Shown: piece by piece, positions 53,139 to 62,629 of the stretch | Numbering within the stretch: position 1 is the stretch's first letter | How the letters are laid out: every line of letters begins with the position of its first letter | Assembly (NCBI GenBank): GCA_965195195.1 | Contig: CBDAFF010000010.1 | Location: 41,630 to 105,629, forward strand | Length of the DNA stretch: 64,000 nucleotides | Direction: 5' to 3' | Source of the DNA: an uncultured Anaerolineales bacterium | Lineage (GTDB): Bacteria > Chloroflexota > Anaerolineae > Anaerolineales > E44-bin32 | Position numbers and translations under genes: made by a program | The notes under the pieces: model-generated | Told to the model about the DNA's origin: nothing | Database searches by the model: none | What the model saw: the letters and a program-made list of their open reading frames with translations, nothing else

Positions 53139-54626
53139 ATGACCCTGCAGAAATTCCTCACCCCCGCGCTCCTCGAGCTTTTACCCTCACCAGTTGAAGG
53201 TCCGCAAGTATGGCTGGTGGGAGGTGCAGTTCGGGATCATTTCTTACAACGTCAATCTTTCGATCTTGATTTTGTTGTTGCTGGCGATGCACTTCGCCTT
53301 GCCCGGCGGATTGCCGATGCGTTGGGGGGTAAATACTACGCCCTTGATACGGAACGGGGAGCGGGGCGTGTATTAGCGTCTGGATCTAATGGAGAGGAAT
53401 GGGTCTTTGATTTCACCCGAATGAGAGGCTCCAGTCTTCAAGATGATCTCTGGTATCGTGATTTTACAATCAATGCGCTGGCGTTTGACCCTCATAATCT
53501 CGACATTCTTATTGATCCGACAGGCGGTCTGAAAGATTTAAATGATGCGCTTCTGAGGGCATGCAAACCTAAGGCAATACAAAATGACCCCGTGCGTGCC
53601 TTGCGGGCTGTACGCATCGCCTCGGAGCTTGAATTCCGCATCGAGCCGAATACTATTCAGCAAGTCAAGGCAGCTGGTTCATTGTTACCTCATGTCTCGG
53701 TCGAGAGGCTGCGGGACGAGCTCTTTCGCATGCTTGACCATCAACAACCAGCACGATCGCTGCGATTGCTGGATCATCTAGGTCTCTTCGATACGCTCTT
53801 CTATGAGCTTTTTGATCAATCACATATCGGAGATAAACGTGACTTCGCCAGGCAGGCATTCACGGTAATCTCAACTGTCAGCGGATTATTCCAGGTCTTG
53901 GCGCCCAGGCATGATCCCGATGCCGCCGCAAACTCGACGCTGGGATTAATCACCATTCGCCTGGGGCGATTTCGTGAATCGTTGTCAGATTATCTTGACG
54001 AAGAGCTGAGCTCTGGACGAACTCAACGGGCTTGGGTTCTTCTGGGAAGTCTATTTTCAACTAACGTTAATCGTGACCTTTCTGATGATCACGATGGATC
54101 TCCTGCAGGAGTAGATCGGGGGAGTAAGACGTTTGCAGCTTCGGCATGGTCTGACCGCTATCACATGAGCCGCAAAGAAAAGGACTGGCTTGAACGATTT
54201 CTTGTTGGGGACATCCCTCAATTATCAGACGAAGCTGGCGGGAAAAATGATCTCCAAATCCATCGCTTCTATCAGCGAGCAGAGGGCGCCGGCGTTGGGA
54301 TTATTTTCGATGATCTGGCTAGCTTCCTGGCAGGAATAGATGGGGCGCCAGCTGAGGAAGAATGGGAAAGTCGTGTAAATATTGCCCGGCAGTTGCTTGA
54401 AGCATTTTTCAACCGACGAGATGAGATCATAAATGTGGAATCCCTGCTGAGTGGGGAAGAAATCATCTCAGAATTTATACTCAAGCCAGGACCGGTGATT
54501 GGAGAACTTATTCAGCGCTTGATTGAGATTCAGGTTGCAGAGAAGATTAATACTCGGGATCAAGCCTTGGATGCGGTAAGAACAATTCTTACAAACGAAT
54601 CCAAGGAAAGCGGTGATTTACTTTAG
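53139..54626 (+). CDS. Class II tRNA nucleotidyltransferase (probably CC-adding)
   Basis: LVGGAVRD, DLDFVV, RDFTINAL, DPTGG, DPVRALRA. Confidence 0.88.
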   Translation: MTLQKFLTPALLELLPSPVEGPQVWLVGGAVRDHFLQRQSFDLDFVVAGDALRLARRIADALGGKYYALDTERGAGRVLASGSNGEEWVFDFTRMRGSSLQDDLWYRDFTINALAFDPHNLDILIDPTGGLKDLNDALLRACKPKAIQNDPVRALRAVRIASELEFRIEPNTIQQVKAAGSLLPHVSVERLRDELFRMLDHQQPARSLRLLDHLGLFDTLFYELFDQSHIGDKRDFARQAFTVISTVSGLFQVLAPRHDPDAAANSTLGLITIRLGRFRESLSDYLDEELSSGRTQRAWVLLGSLFSTNVNRDLSDDHDGSPAGVDRGSKTFAASAWSDRYHMSRKEKDWLERFLVGDIPQLSDEAGGKNDLQIHRFYQRAEGAGVGIIFDDLASFLAGIDGAPAEEEWESRVNIARQLLEAFFNRRDEIINVESLLSGEEIISEFILKPGPVIGELIQRLIEIQVAEKINTRDQALDAVRTILTNESKESGDLL

Positions 54627-54819
54627 CAAACAGGGAGACCTGCCCGCTCTGCGCATAGCCAATCTTGGTCGTGGCGAATGGCGTAAGACAGGAATTGCTT
54701 AGGTATCCAAAGATTTCCCCGGGCAATTCATTGAGGATGTCGTTCCTGGTGAATGGATGGAAAGTTTCCTGCGACAAGCCAACGTTCTGGTGTTGATAAT
54801 CTAATTCAAATCTACTTCT

Positions 54820-55116
54820 TCAAGGAAAGATCACGCTGAGTACGGGCTCATAGAAACAACGACACCCCTTACTGTACGAGCACCCGTTAACCGGTAATTC
54901 AGGAACCGCATTTTTAGGATAGGTGCCCTCAATTTGCCGGCATGCGGGGCACGCATCATGGTTGACGATTAGGCGGACTTGGCTTACACGAGGGTTTGAT
55001 TGCATATCTTTAAGGGCTTTAGCGGTCGCAGAATGAAGGGAAAGGTCTGCTCCACACTGGATGCATTCACCTGCGGTATCGGGGGATTGTTGATTGCATT
55101 GTGTACAGGTTCGCAC
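54820..55116 (-). CDS. Small Cys-rich protein with two putative metal sites
   Basis: RBS GAGGAGG plus GTG start; CTQC..CIQC ribbon and CPAC...C-x5-CRC. Confidence 0.8.
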   Translation of the reverse strand: MRTCTQCNQQSPDTAGECIQCGADLSLHSATAKALKDMQSNPRVSQVRLIVNHDACPACRQIEGTYPKNAVPELPVNGCSYSKGCRCFYEPVLSVIFP

Positions 55117-55304
55117 GTAATACCTCCTCTGATTGGGTCCACCTAGATTCTATTGAAGAGATCGTGTGTGTCAATACGCCTGATAACAAACTCGCGAACC
55201 TAATTTGAAATCATCCTTGAAAAATTGTTTGCAGAATTGTGAACTGTGATTATTGTTAAATGCAGGATGAAGCGAATGTTTGTGGCTTTTGCAGAGGGTA
55301 TCTG

Positions 55305-56507
55305 ATGTCACGCTGGACGAGAACGATATTGCATTGCGATCTTGATGCATTTTTCTGTTCGGTTGAGAGCCTGCTCAACCCTGGTTTGGAAGGGATGGCG
55401 TTCGTTGTCGGTGGTGCAGCGGATGGACGTGGGGTCGTCTCCTCGGCGTCTTATGCTGCCCGCGAGTTCGGTATCCGTTCGGCTATGCCTACTGCTCAAG
55501 CTCTGCGTAAAGCCCCGGATCTGATCGTGATTTCTCCTCAACATGCACAATACAGCAAGCACTCTCAGCAGATCATGAGTTTCCTCCGCGATTCTGCGCC
55601 GGTTGTTGAGCAGTTGTCTATTGATGAAGCCTTTCTCGATGTTAGCGATGATCCACGTACCGGGCTTGATGTGGCACAGTTCTTACAGAGGGAGATTCTT
55701 GAGCATTTAAAACTTCCTACTTCTTGGGGTGTTGCTAGCAATAAACTGGTCGCCAAGGTCGCAACGGAGGTTGGGAAACCGAGAGGGTTAATCGCGGTAC
55801 CTCCGGGACAGGAGGCTGCGTTTCTTGCACCTTTGCCGGTGAGAATGCTGTGGGGTGTGGGCCCGAAAACAGCGGAGCGCCTGGCTGCAAGAGACATCCA
55901 TACGATTGGAGACTTGGCGAGTATGCCCTCGCGCTTAATAATTGAATCTCTCGGCGATCTTGGTCTGGAACTTGCATCAAGAGCGCGTGGGGAGGACGAT
56001 CGCCCGGTTGTAGAGGGGCGAGATCCTAAGTCAATGTCGGCAGAGAGGACTTTTAGCGCCGATATATCTAACTGGCCCGAACTACGGACAGTTATTCTTA
56101 GACTGAGTGAAACTGTTGGCCGAAGGCTGCGTAAAGCGAAGCTGGCAGGGTATACGATCAGGGTTAAGGTCCGTTGGCCAGATTTCACGACCCTAACGAG
56201 GCAGGTTCGTCTGGAGCAGCCGACGGATCGAGAGCGGATTATATTCGATGAATCCCGCAAGCTGTTTCAGGGATTATGGAAGAAAGGTCAAGCAGTCCGG
56301 CTCTTGGGGGTGGGGGTTGCAGATTTACATGAGCCTATACGTCAATTAGACCTGTTTGATCGCAAATGGGATCGTGATGAGAGACTGCAGCAAGCCGTAG
56401 ACTCCATCCGCAACCAATATGGACCTGATTCTTTAAGACGGGCTGGCGGCTTAAGAAAGCAAGCAGCAGCGGAGAATGATGAGCAGCCCGAGGAAGATGT
56501 TATGTAG
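55305..56507 (+). CDS. dinB: DNA polymerase IV
   Basis: HCDLDAFFCSVE, SYAAREFGIRSAM, SIDEAFLD, LWGVGPK, little-finger domain; ATG 55305 preferred over 55260. Confidence 0.95.
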   Translation: MSRWTRTILHCDLDAFFCSVESLLNPGLEGMAFVVGGAADGRGVVSSASYAAREFGIRSAMPTAQALRKAPDLIVISPQHAQYSKHSQQIMSFLRDSAPVVEQLSIDEAFLDVSDDPRTGLDVAQFLQREILEHLKLPTSWGVASNKLVAKVATEVGKPRGLIAVPPGQEAAFLAPLPVRMLWGVGPKTAERLAARDIHTIGDLASMPSRLIIESLGDLGLELASRARGEDDRPVVEGRDPKSMSAERTFSADISNWPELRTVILRLSETVGRRLRKAKLAGYTIRVKVRWPDFTTLTRQVRLEQPTDRERIIFDESRKLFQGLWKKGQAVRLLGVGVADLHEPIRQLDLFDRKWDRDERLQQAVDSIRNQYGPDSLRRAGGLRKQAAAENDEQPEEDVM

Positions 56508-56556
56508 AAGGTACGGGAGTTGAAATGGGCAAGCCATCGAGAGTATTCAGGGAGAC

Positions 56557-57666
56557 ATGTACATGACCCTTTATGGAAAAGGTTACTTCATCTGGAAAAT
56601 CCCTTGGTGTGATGAGGGTGATCCAGAGGCAATCGCGGCTACTGCTTCTGCTGCTGGTCTTTCGCATGTTCTGATTAAAGTGGCAGATGGGGCAACATGG
56701 CCATACAACTTCGATTTTGATCGGAATGTCGACCTGATTCCTCCAGTGCGTGATGCGTTGAGGAATGTAGGTGTTGAGGTTTGGGGTTGGCACTACGTTC
56801 GGGGTGATGACCCGGTGAATGAAGCCCGCCTGGCAGTCGACAGAATGAATGCGCTCCACCTCGACGGATATGTCATTGATGCCGAAGGGGAGTATCGCAC
56901 AACAAGCAAGAGAGCTGCTGCAACCCGGTTTATGAAGGAGATTCGCGCGGGGATGCCTAATCTTCCTATCGCACTTAGCACCTATCGTTACCCGCGAATG
57001 CACATGGCATTACCCTTCCCGGAATTCCTTGAATACTGTGACTTCAGCATGCCCCAGGTCTATTTTGAGCAGAGCCACAATCCGGAGGAGCAGCTTGAAC
57101 GCTGCGTCGAGCAGTATATGGCGTTAAAGCCGGCGAGGCCCATCGTTCCTACACTGCCGTCATATGCGTATAGAGGTTGGTGTCCAACAGCGGATGAAGT
57201 AACACGCTTTCTGCACAAAGCGCGTGATCTCGGGCTCTCAGCTACAAATGCCTGGAGTTGGGATTTCGCGAGGCGCCCGAAATATATGGACCTTTGGGAT
57301 GCAATGGCTGACTTCGATTGGCCTGCAAACGCTCCCGCTGCAGATATGCCGGAAAGGTTGGTCGGTCGAATGAATGACCACGACCCCATCCTTGTCTCCG
57401 GCCTGTACGCGGATCGCGCCGCACATGTGACCGGCGAACGGACAATCGTTGGGAGAGAACCGGTTCAGCAGTGGTACCAAACACTTTTTACGAACATTCT
57501 ACCCAACGCGCACTTCGAGATTACTGGCAAATCCGGGGAAGGGCGAACGCGTCATTTCATGTGGAGAGCAACGAGCGAGCGAGGAGTTATCTTGGACGGA
57601 AATGATACGCTCGGCTTGATTGATGGCAGGATCCAATATCACTACACTTATTTCACGGTAAACTGA
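56557..57666 (+). CDS. GH25/DUF1906-like TIM-barrel domain fused to a SnoaL/NTF2-like domain
   Basis: HVLIKVADG, VWGWHY, VIDAEGEY, MPQVY; C-terminal LYADRA...GREPVQQWY...GRIQYHY. Confidence 0.65.
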   Translation: MYMTLYGKGYFIWKIPWCDEGDPEAIAATASAAGLSHVLIKVADGATWPYNFDFDRNVDLIPPVRDALRNVGVEVWGWHYVRGDDPVNEARLAVDRMNALHLDGYVIDAEGEYRTTSKRAAATRFMKEIRAGMPNLPIALSTYRYPRMHMALPFPEFLEYCDFSMPQVYFEQSHNPEEQLERCVEQYMALKPARPIVPTLPSYAYRGWCPTADEVTRFLHKARDLGLSATNAWSWDFARRPKYMDLWDAMADFDWPANAPAADMPERLVGRMNDHDPILVSGLYADRAAHVTGERTIVGREPVQQWYQTLFTNILPNAHFEITGKSGEGRTRHFMWRATSERGVILDGNDTLGLIDGRIQYHYTYFTVN

Positions 57667-57769
57667 ATCCTTCTCCAACTTGAGCTCCAACGTTCGAGTA
57701 TTCCGCAGAGACAATCCAGAACCAAGCCCAATCTGATTGTTTAAATTATTCGATCAGAATGGCGATCAG

Positions 57770-57801
57770 AAAAGCCCCGGATTTTCTTCACCGGGGCTTT
57801 T
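57770..57801. terminator. Bidirectional terminator
   Basis: AAAAGCCCCGG-ATTTTCTTCA-CCGGGGCTTTT between convergent genes. Confidence 0.85.
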
Positions 57802-57822
57802 AAACCATGCCGCTTGTTAGGG

Positions 57823-58245
57823 TTATTGCTCAGCAGGCAAGATCTTGTAGGAAAGCTTGATCGGTGCTATCTGTTTGAACATTGCTTGTGCAGGGCAGTA
57901 TTTATTCTCTGATAGCTCAATTGCACGCTGCACTGCGGTTTCTTCGACATCATGTCCACAAATTAAATACTCGATTTCAATATTAGTGAATACGCGCGGG
58001 TGCTCCTGCGCTTGTTGGCTGCGGAGCTGGACTTCGAAGGCAGTCACATTCTGCCGTTTCTTCTGCAAAATAGAAATTACGTCCATGGCGGTACAGCCGG
58101 CGAGACCGATGGCGATCATTTCCATCGGGCGAAAACCATCGTTGTCACCACCGACTTTCGGGTTTGCACCGAGCGGGACTGAAAAACCCGTTTCTGCTTC
58201 GCCGATAAAAGACAAGCGTTTGCTCCATGTGACCTTTGCATCCAT
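57823..58245 (-). CDS. OsmC/YhfA family protein
   Basis: RPME...LAGCTAMDV and KYCP; RBS AAGGAG. Confidence 0.92.
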   Translation of the reverse strand: MDAKVTWSKRLSFIGEAETGFSVPLGANPKVGGDNDGFRPMEMIAIGLAGCTAMDVISILQKKRQNVTAFEVQLRSQQAQEHPRVFTNIEIEYLICGHDVEETAVQRAIELSENKYCPAQAMFKQIAPIKLSYKILPAEQ

Positions 58246-58261
58246 TGATTTTCTCCTTAGC

Positions 58262-58822
58262 TCATTGGCGTAACATGGGTGATATTGTACTCTCAAGCAC
58301 ACTTAGACAAGTTGCTCCGCTCCATGCGTAGCGAACGATTCCCTCTCGATCAATTACGATGGAGTAGGGTAGGGAAAAGGAATTAAGAGAGCGTAATGTG
58401 CTCTCGTCCGGATCCAGCCAGATCGGAAAAGTTAGATGGAACATATCCACGAATTGGACCACAGTTTCCTTCTCTTCCCCAACATTGACACCCAGGAGCA
58501 TAAACCCACGCTCAGCGTGTGTGCGGAAGAAAGCCTCCAGATCAGGCATCTCTCTGCGGCATGGAGGACACCAGGTCGCCCAGGTGTTTAAGAGGATTAC
58601 ATCACCCTTGTAGTCCACGAGTGAGACTGTTGATCCTGCGATATCCGTAAGTTCAATTGCCGGAGCAGGATACTCCACTTTCATTGGCTCCACGCAGTCC
58701 TGGGGTTTCTCGATCCCCGTATCACTTCGTGCTTGATTAGACGCAATCACTGCAGTGAGAATTGCCATGGCAATAAAGATGAAGCCGGTTCCGAGGAGTA
58801 GTATGTGCATGGTTCGACGCAA
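58262..58822 (-). CDS. TlpA/ResA-family membrane-anchored thiol-disulfide reductase
   Basis: N-terminal TM helix, NTWATWCPPCRREMP, LPYSIVIDREG. Confidence 0.92.
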   Translation of the reverse strand: MRRTMHILLLGTGFIFIAMAILTAVIASNQARSDTGIEKPQDCVEPMKVEYPAPAIELTDIAGSTVSLVDYKGDVILLNTWATWCPPCRREMPDLEAFFRTHAERGFMLLGVNVGEEKETVVQFVDMFHLTFPIWLDPDESTLRSLNSFSLPYSIVIDREGIVRYAWSGATCLSVLESTISPMLRQ

Positions 58823-58973
58823 GGATTAAACCCTTTTTTTGAAGGTCTCTTGGTTGGGAATAAGATTACACTGGAACGAGAACATCTCAGTTTGAACAAT
58901 TGAGGGAATAATAATGCTTCGGTCCTCGCTCAATGGATTGCGTGGTCCTCACCCGGAGGGGCGGAAGATCCTA

Positions 58974-59168
58974 TCAGTGGAAAACACCGCCTGAAACATA
59001 ATCGCAATTCTTGCACACCAGGTTTAAACAGCCGTCATAATCCAGATTAGCCAACCCGCAATTTGGGCAAGGTTCTCCGGCTCGAGGTTCTTGTGAAGGC
59101 GAGTGTTTTGGCACTTTCAAGGTTATATCTGCTGGCTGCTTCTTGTGCCTTTTTTTGGTGCGGGACAT
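58974..59168 (-). CDS. Small zinc-ribbon protein
   Basis: CPNC...YDGCLNLVCKNC; basic N-terminus. Confidence 0.65.
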   Translation of the reverse strand: MSRTKKRHKKQPADITLKVPKHSPSQEPRAGEPCPNCGLANLDYDGCLNLVCKNCDYVSGGVFH

Positions 59169-59216
59169 GTTGATCTTGTCTCTCAAGCTTCGCTCTGAAA
59201 ACAGGCAAAACTCTCG

Positions 59217-59465
59217 TCAGCTGGCCAGATCATCAAGGCTCAGAACTTTAAATAATCGCCCTCGAACTTCACCAGGAACGTTGATATCTGCTTCTTGCTG
59301 CTGGTAAAGGTAGACTGTTTTCTTAAGCGTGTCAACGAAGACTCTACAATTGGGGCAATCGACAAGGTGTTTCTCAAGCTCATCGCAAGTTAATGGATCA
59401 ATGTTATTGTCTAGATAATCTGAGATCTGGCTGAGAAATTCTTGGCAGAGGTTATGTTCAGACAT
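59217..59465 (-). CDS. Soluble zf-HC2 (ZAS) anti-sigma factor
   Basis: C...ISDYLD...HLVDCPNC; no TM helix; overlaps the sigma stop. Confidence 0.92.
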   Translation of the reverse strand: MSEHNLCQEFLSQISDYLDNNIDPLTCDELEKHLVDCPNCRVFVDTLKKTVYLYQQQEADINVPGEVRGRLFKVLSLDDLAS

Positions 59466-60057
59466 TTGATAACCGTTCCATTCTCTCTGAAAAGTAACTG
59501 GAAAGGATTTCCCGAAGCTGCAGGCGGGCTCTGAGAAGGCGGGTTTTTATTGCCGACTCTGAAATTTGGAGAACATCCGCTGCCTCGCGCGTTGAGAGTC
59601 CATGAAGATCGCGCAGAACAAATGCTGCCCGGAGGGTGGGGGAGAGCGATTTTATGGCGATGTCCAATGTGTCCTGTGCCTCTGCACTCATCAGTTCGGC
59701 TTCCGGTAGGCAGCACCAATCTTTTAATTCGCGAGAGATCTCTGCGCCATCATCAAGCAGTAAAGGTTCGTCGACGGGTACGGTATCCAACTCATGTTTG
59801 CGGAGCCGCATCAGTGCTTCATTCGCAGTAATTCGGTAAAGCCAAGTACTTAGTTTCGATCCACCCCTGAAGTTCTCAAGCCCTCGATAGGCTTTTAGGA
59901 AGGCTTCTTGAAGGATATCTTCCGCCTCAAGAGGGTCTCCCACCAGACGCAGAGCAAGCTTATACAGTTTTGGAGAATACGCGTCGACCATCGCCGCGAA
60001 AGCTTCACGGTCACCGGCTTTTAATGCGTTGATTGAGATCGGTTCTCTCTCTTGCAT
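59458..60057 (-). CDS. ECF sigma-70 factor
   Basis: AEDILQEAF, STWLYRI, region 4 KTRLLRAR. Confidence 0.95.
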   Translation of the reverse strand: MQEREPISINALKAGDREAFAAMVDAYSPKLYKLALRLVGDPLEAEDILQEAFLKAYRGLENFRGGSKLSTWLYRITANEALMRLRKHELDTVPVDEPLLLDDGAEISRELKDWCCLPEAELMSAEAQDTLDIAIKSLSPTLRAAFVLRDLHGLSTREAADVLQISESAIKTRLLRARLQLREILSSYFSERMERLSNV

Positions 60058-60211
60058 TGGATGCAGAATCCGTTAAATAGTTGCCTGATTAATGTTGCCG
60101 GAATAAAGTATACACGAAGGCAATGATCAATTGTTCTTCAAAACCGAGCGTGGAAATTTCCATGACCCAATGTAAATCGTATTTAGCTTATCGTAGAGAG
60201 CTCGTCTGACT

Positions 60212-62629
60212 ATGGCCCCAGCACTTTCCACAGACCAATTGAATTTCACCTTACAACCACAATCGGACACTTGGTCGATTCGCACACTCTCCCAAAACCT
60301 GCAAATCATGAATGCTTCGATGGCTCTGACTTGGAGGGAAGCCGGAAGGACACATACAACAGATCTAGAATTCTCCCGAGCGGAAAATGTTACTAAGGAG
60401 CAAGCTGCGCACTCGTTGGGACCTGCAAACCACCTAACACTGCGAATTCCGATAAATTCTACCCTGGACGCGGAGGTGTGTTTCTCGCTGCTTCATTCAT
60501 CTCTAACGATGTTGTGGCGACTCGAGATCAGGAATAAAGGAGCCTCCGCTATCCAGCTAATTTCGGCAGATATGATGGCAGCAGGGTCCGATGAGAGCAC
60601 GGGCTTTTTGGGTCGCATCAGACAGACTCGCGCCCATTTCAACGAAGAGAGAAATGACAGACTGAGTGGTGTTCACTTCTCCTCACCTGAGGTTGACTTG
60701 GCGTTCTATTCTAACGGGTGGCAGAGTTGGAGTTACGCTGGGCTGGTAGGAGCAGACCAATCGATGCCTGGGACTCGACTAGGGCCAATCAGGCGCACAA
60801 TGATAGACCCGCCGGGCGCGAGTATTTCTAGGGGACGAGGTAGGCTCCATTCAGACATGTTCGGTGTGCTTCTGGATCGCAATAGCTATACTGGAATTCT
60901 GGCGGGTTTTCTATCTCAAAATGAGGCATTCGGGACGGTAGTGTCTTGTTTAGAAGGCACACAACCTTCACTTCATCTCCGAACTAACCTGGATGATGTG
61001 CTCCTGGATCCGGGTGAAAACTTCATCACAGATTGGTCTTGCCTTGATTTCATCGACACGAAATCCAGTGACCCCCTGTCAGCATATCTGAATTTAACGG
61101 CTGACGAGAACTCGGCTCGAGTCGCAAAACCATCACCGCTGGGGTGGTGCTCCTGGTATTGCTTCTTTCAGAATGTCCATCAGACCCATATTCACGATCA
61201 TCTTAAATGGGCAAAAGAATACCATAATGAAATCCCGCTGGAGGTTATTCAAATCGATGATGGATATCAATCAGATATCGGCGATTGGCTGACAACGAAT
61301 GAACGCTTTCCCAGGGGCATGGCTCAGCTTGCGGGAGAGATTCAAGGATCGGGTTATGTGGCGGGTTTATGGATTGCGCCTTTTATCGCCCTTCGTTCCG
61401 CGCAAGTCGTGAAGAGAAATCCGGATTGGGTTCTTCGAAACCGATATGGTCTGCCAGCAAATACGGGTTGGGTTTGGGAATCTTTTGGTCGTGCTCTTGA
61501 CGTGACCCATCCTGGCGTACAAGAGGATATTACCAACGTGATTGATACTGTGGTAAACCATTGGGGTTATTCATACCTCAAGCTCGATTTCTTGTATGCG
61601 GCAGCGCTCGCTGGCAAACGATACAACCCGCGACTCACAGGTGCGCAAGCGCTTCGGCAGATGTTGATGAAGATCAGGGATGCGGCAGGTGACGAGAGTA
61701 CTCTCGTCGGGTGTGGCTGTCCGTTAGGTTCTGGTATTGGCATCTTCGATTCGATGCGCATTGGCCCTGACGTAGCGCCTTCCTGGAAGCCAAGATATGC
61801 CTTCGTCGACGCGCTCATCCAGAACGAGACAGACCTTCCTTCAGTTCGCAACGCGCTTCATAACACGATCACACGCTCCCCGCTTCATCGCCGCTGGTGG
61901 ATTAATGATCCAGATTGTTTGCTCCTAAGGAAGGATGAGACACAGTTGTCTGAAGCGGAGGTCCAGACCTTGACGACAGTAGTGGCCCTCTCGGGTGGAG
62001 CAGCGATCGTCTCCGACGATTTGCTCGCACTGGATGCGGAGAGAAGAAGCTGGCTTGCCCGCTTGTGCCCACCATTACCTGGGAGAATGCATGTCGCCGA
62101 TCTCCTCGAGGAAGAGAGACCGAAGCTGTTGCATATGGAGCTTGCAGGACCTATTGGAAAATGGTGGCTCATCGCGATCCTAAATTGGGAGTCGGAAGAG
62201 AAGCAATTCGGGATCCCGCTTGAAGTGTTCGGACTTAACCCTTCACTCGATTATCATTGTGTCGATTATTGGAACGCGCAGTACAAGTCTGTTAGCGATA
62301 GCGTTCTCTACTCAGGTACCATCGCAGCCCATGGGGTAAAACTGTTTGCGTTGCGTGAAGTGCGAGCTGAGTCACTTTGGGTCGGGGATACTTTACACAT
62401 ATCGCAAGGATTGTGTGTGAAGTCCTGGGATTATCATGACCAAACACTCGTAGTGATGATAGACTGTGAGCGGGGAGCTCAAGGTCAAGTTTGGCTCGCT
62501 CTACCTGTTCCCCCGAAATCTTTGCGAGTCGAGGGGAGCGAATTGGCATATGAGGCAGTCAGTGCAAAGGTCTATTCAATTTGTCTTGAGGTCGATGGAC
62601 CGGCAATCCTGGAAATTGAACAGTCGTGA
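60212..62629 (+). CDS. Alpha-galactosidase (GH36-like)
   Basis: GWCSWY, IQIDDGYQ, YLKLDF, MRIGPD, INDPDC. Confidence 0.88.
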   Translation: MAPALSTDQLNFTLQPQSDTWSIRTLSQNLQIMNASMALTWREAGRTHTTDLEFSRAENVTKEQAAHSLGPANHLTLRIPINSTLDAEVCFSLLHSSLTMLWRLEIRNKGASAIQLISADMMAAGSDESTGFLGRIRQTRAHFNEERNDRLSGVHFSSPEVDLAFYSNGWQSWSYAGLVGADQSMPGTRLGPIRRTMIDPPGASISRGRGRLHSDMFGVLLDRNSYTGILAGFLSQNEAFGTVVSCLEGTQPSLHLRTNLDDVLLDPGENFITDWSCLDFIDTKSSDPLSAYLNLTADENSARVAKPSPLGWCSWYCFFQNVHQTHIHDHLKWAKEYHNEIPLEVIQIDDGYQSDIGDWLTTNERFPRGMAQLAGEIQGSGYVAGLWIAPFIALRSAQVVKRNPDWVLRNRYGLPANTGWVWESFGRALDVTHPGVQEDITNVIDTVVNHWGYSYLKLDFLYAAALAGKRYNPRLTGAQALRQMLMKIRDAAGDESTLVGCGCPLGSGIGIFDSMRIGPDVAPSWKPRYAFVDALIQNETDLPSVRNALHNTITRSPLHRRWWINDPDCLLLRKDETQLSEAEVQTLTTVVALSGGAAIVSDDLLALDAERRSWLARLCPPLPGRMHVADLLEEERPKLLHMELAGPIGKWWLIAILNWESEEKQFGIPLEVFGLNPSLDYHCVDYWNAQYKSVSDSVLYSGTIAAHGVKLFALREVRAESLWVGDTLHISQGLCVKSWDYHDQTLVVMIDCERGAQGQVWLALPVPPKSLRVEGSELAYEAVSAKVYSICLEVDGPAILEIEQS

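Noticed and set aside
55200-55300. Possible LexA (GAAC-N4-GTTC) box upstream of dinB
   Set aside because: Only half-sites (GAAC, CGAATGTTTG) are visible; no complete palindrome
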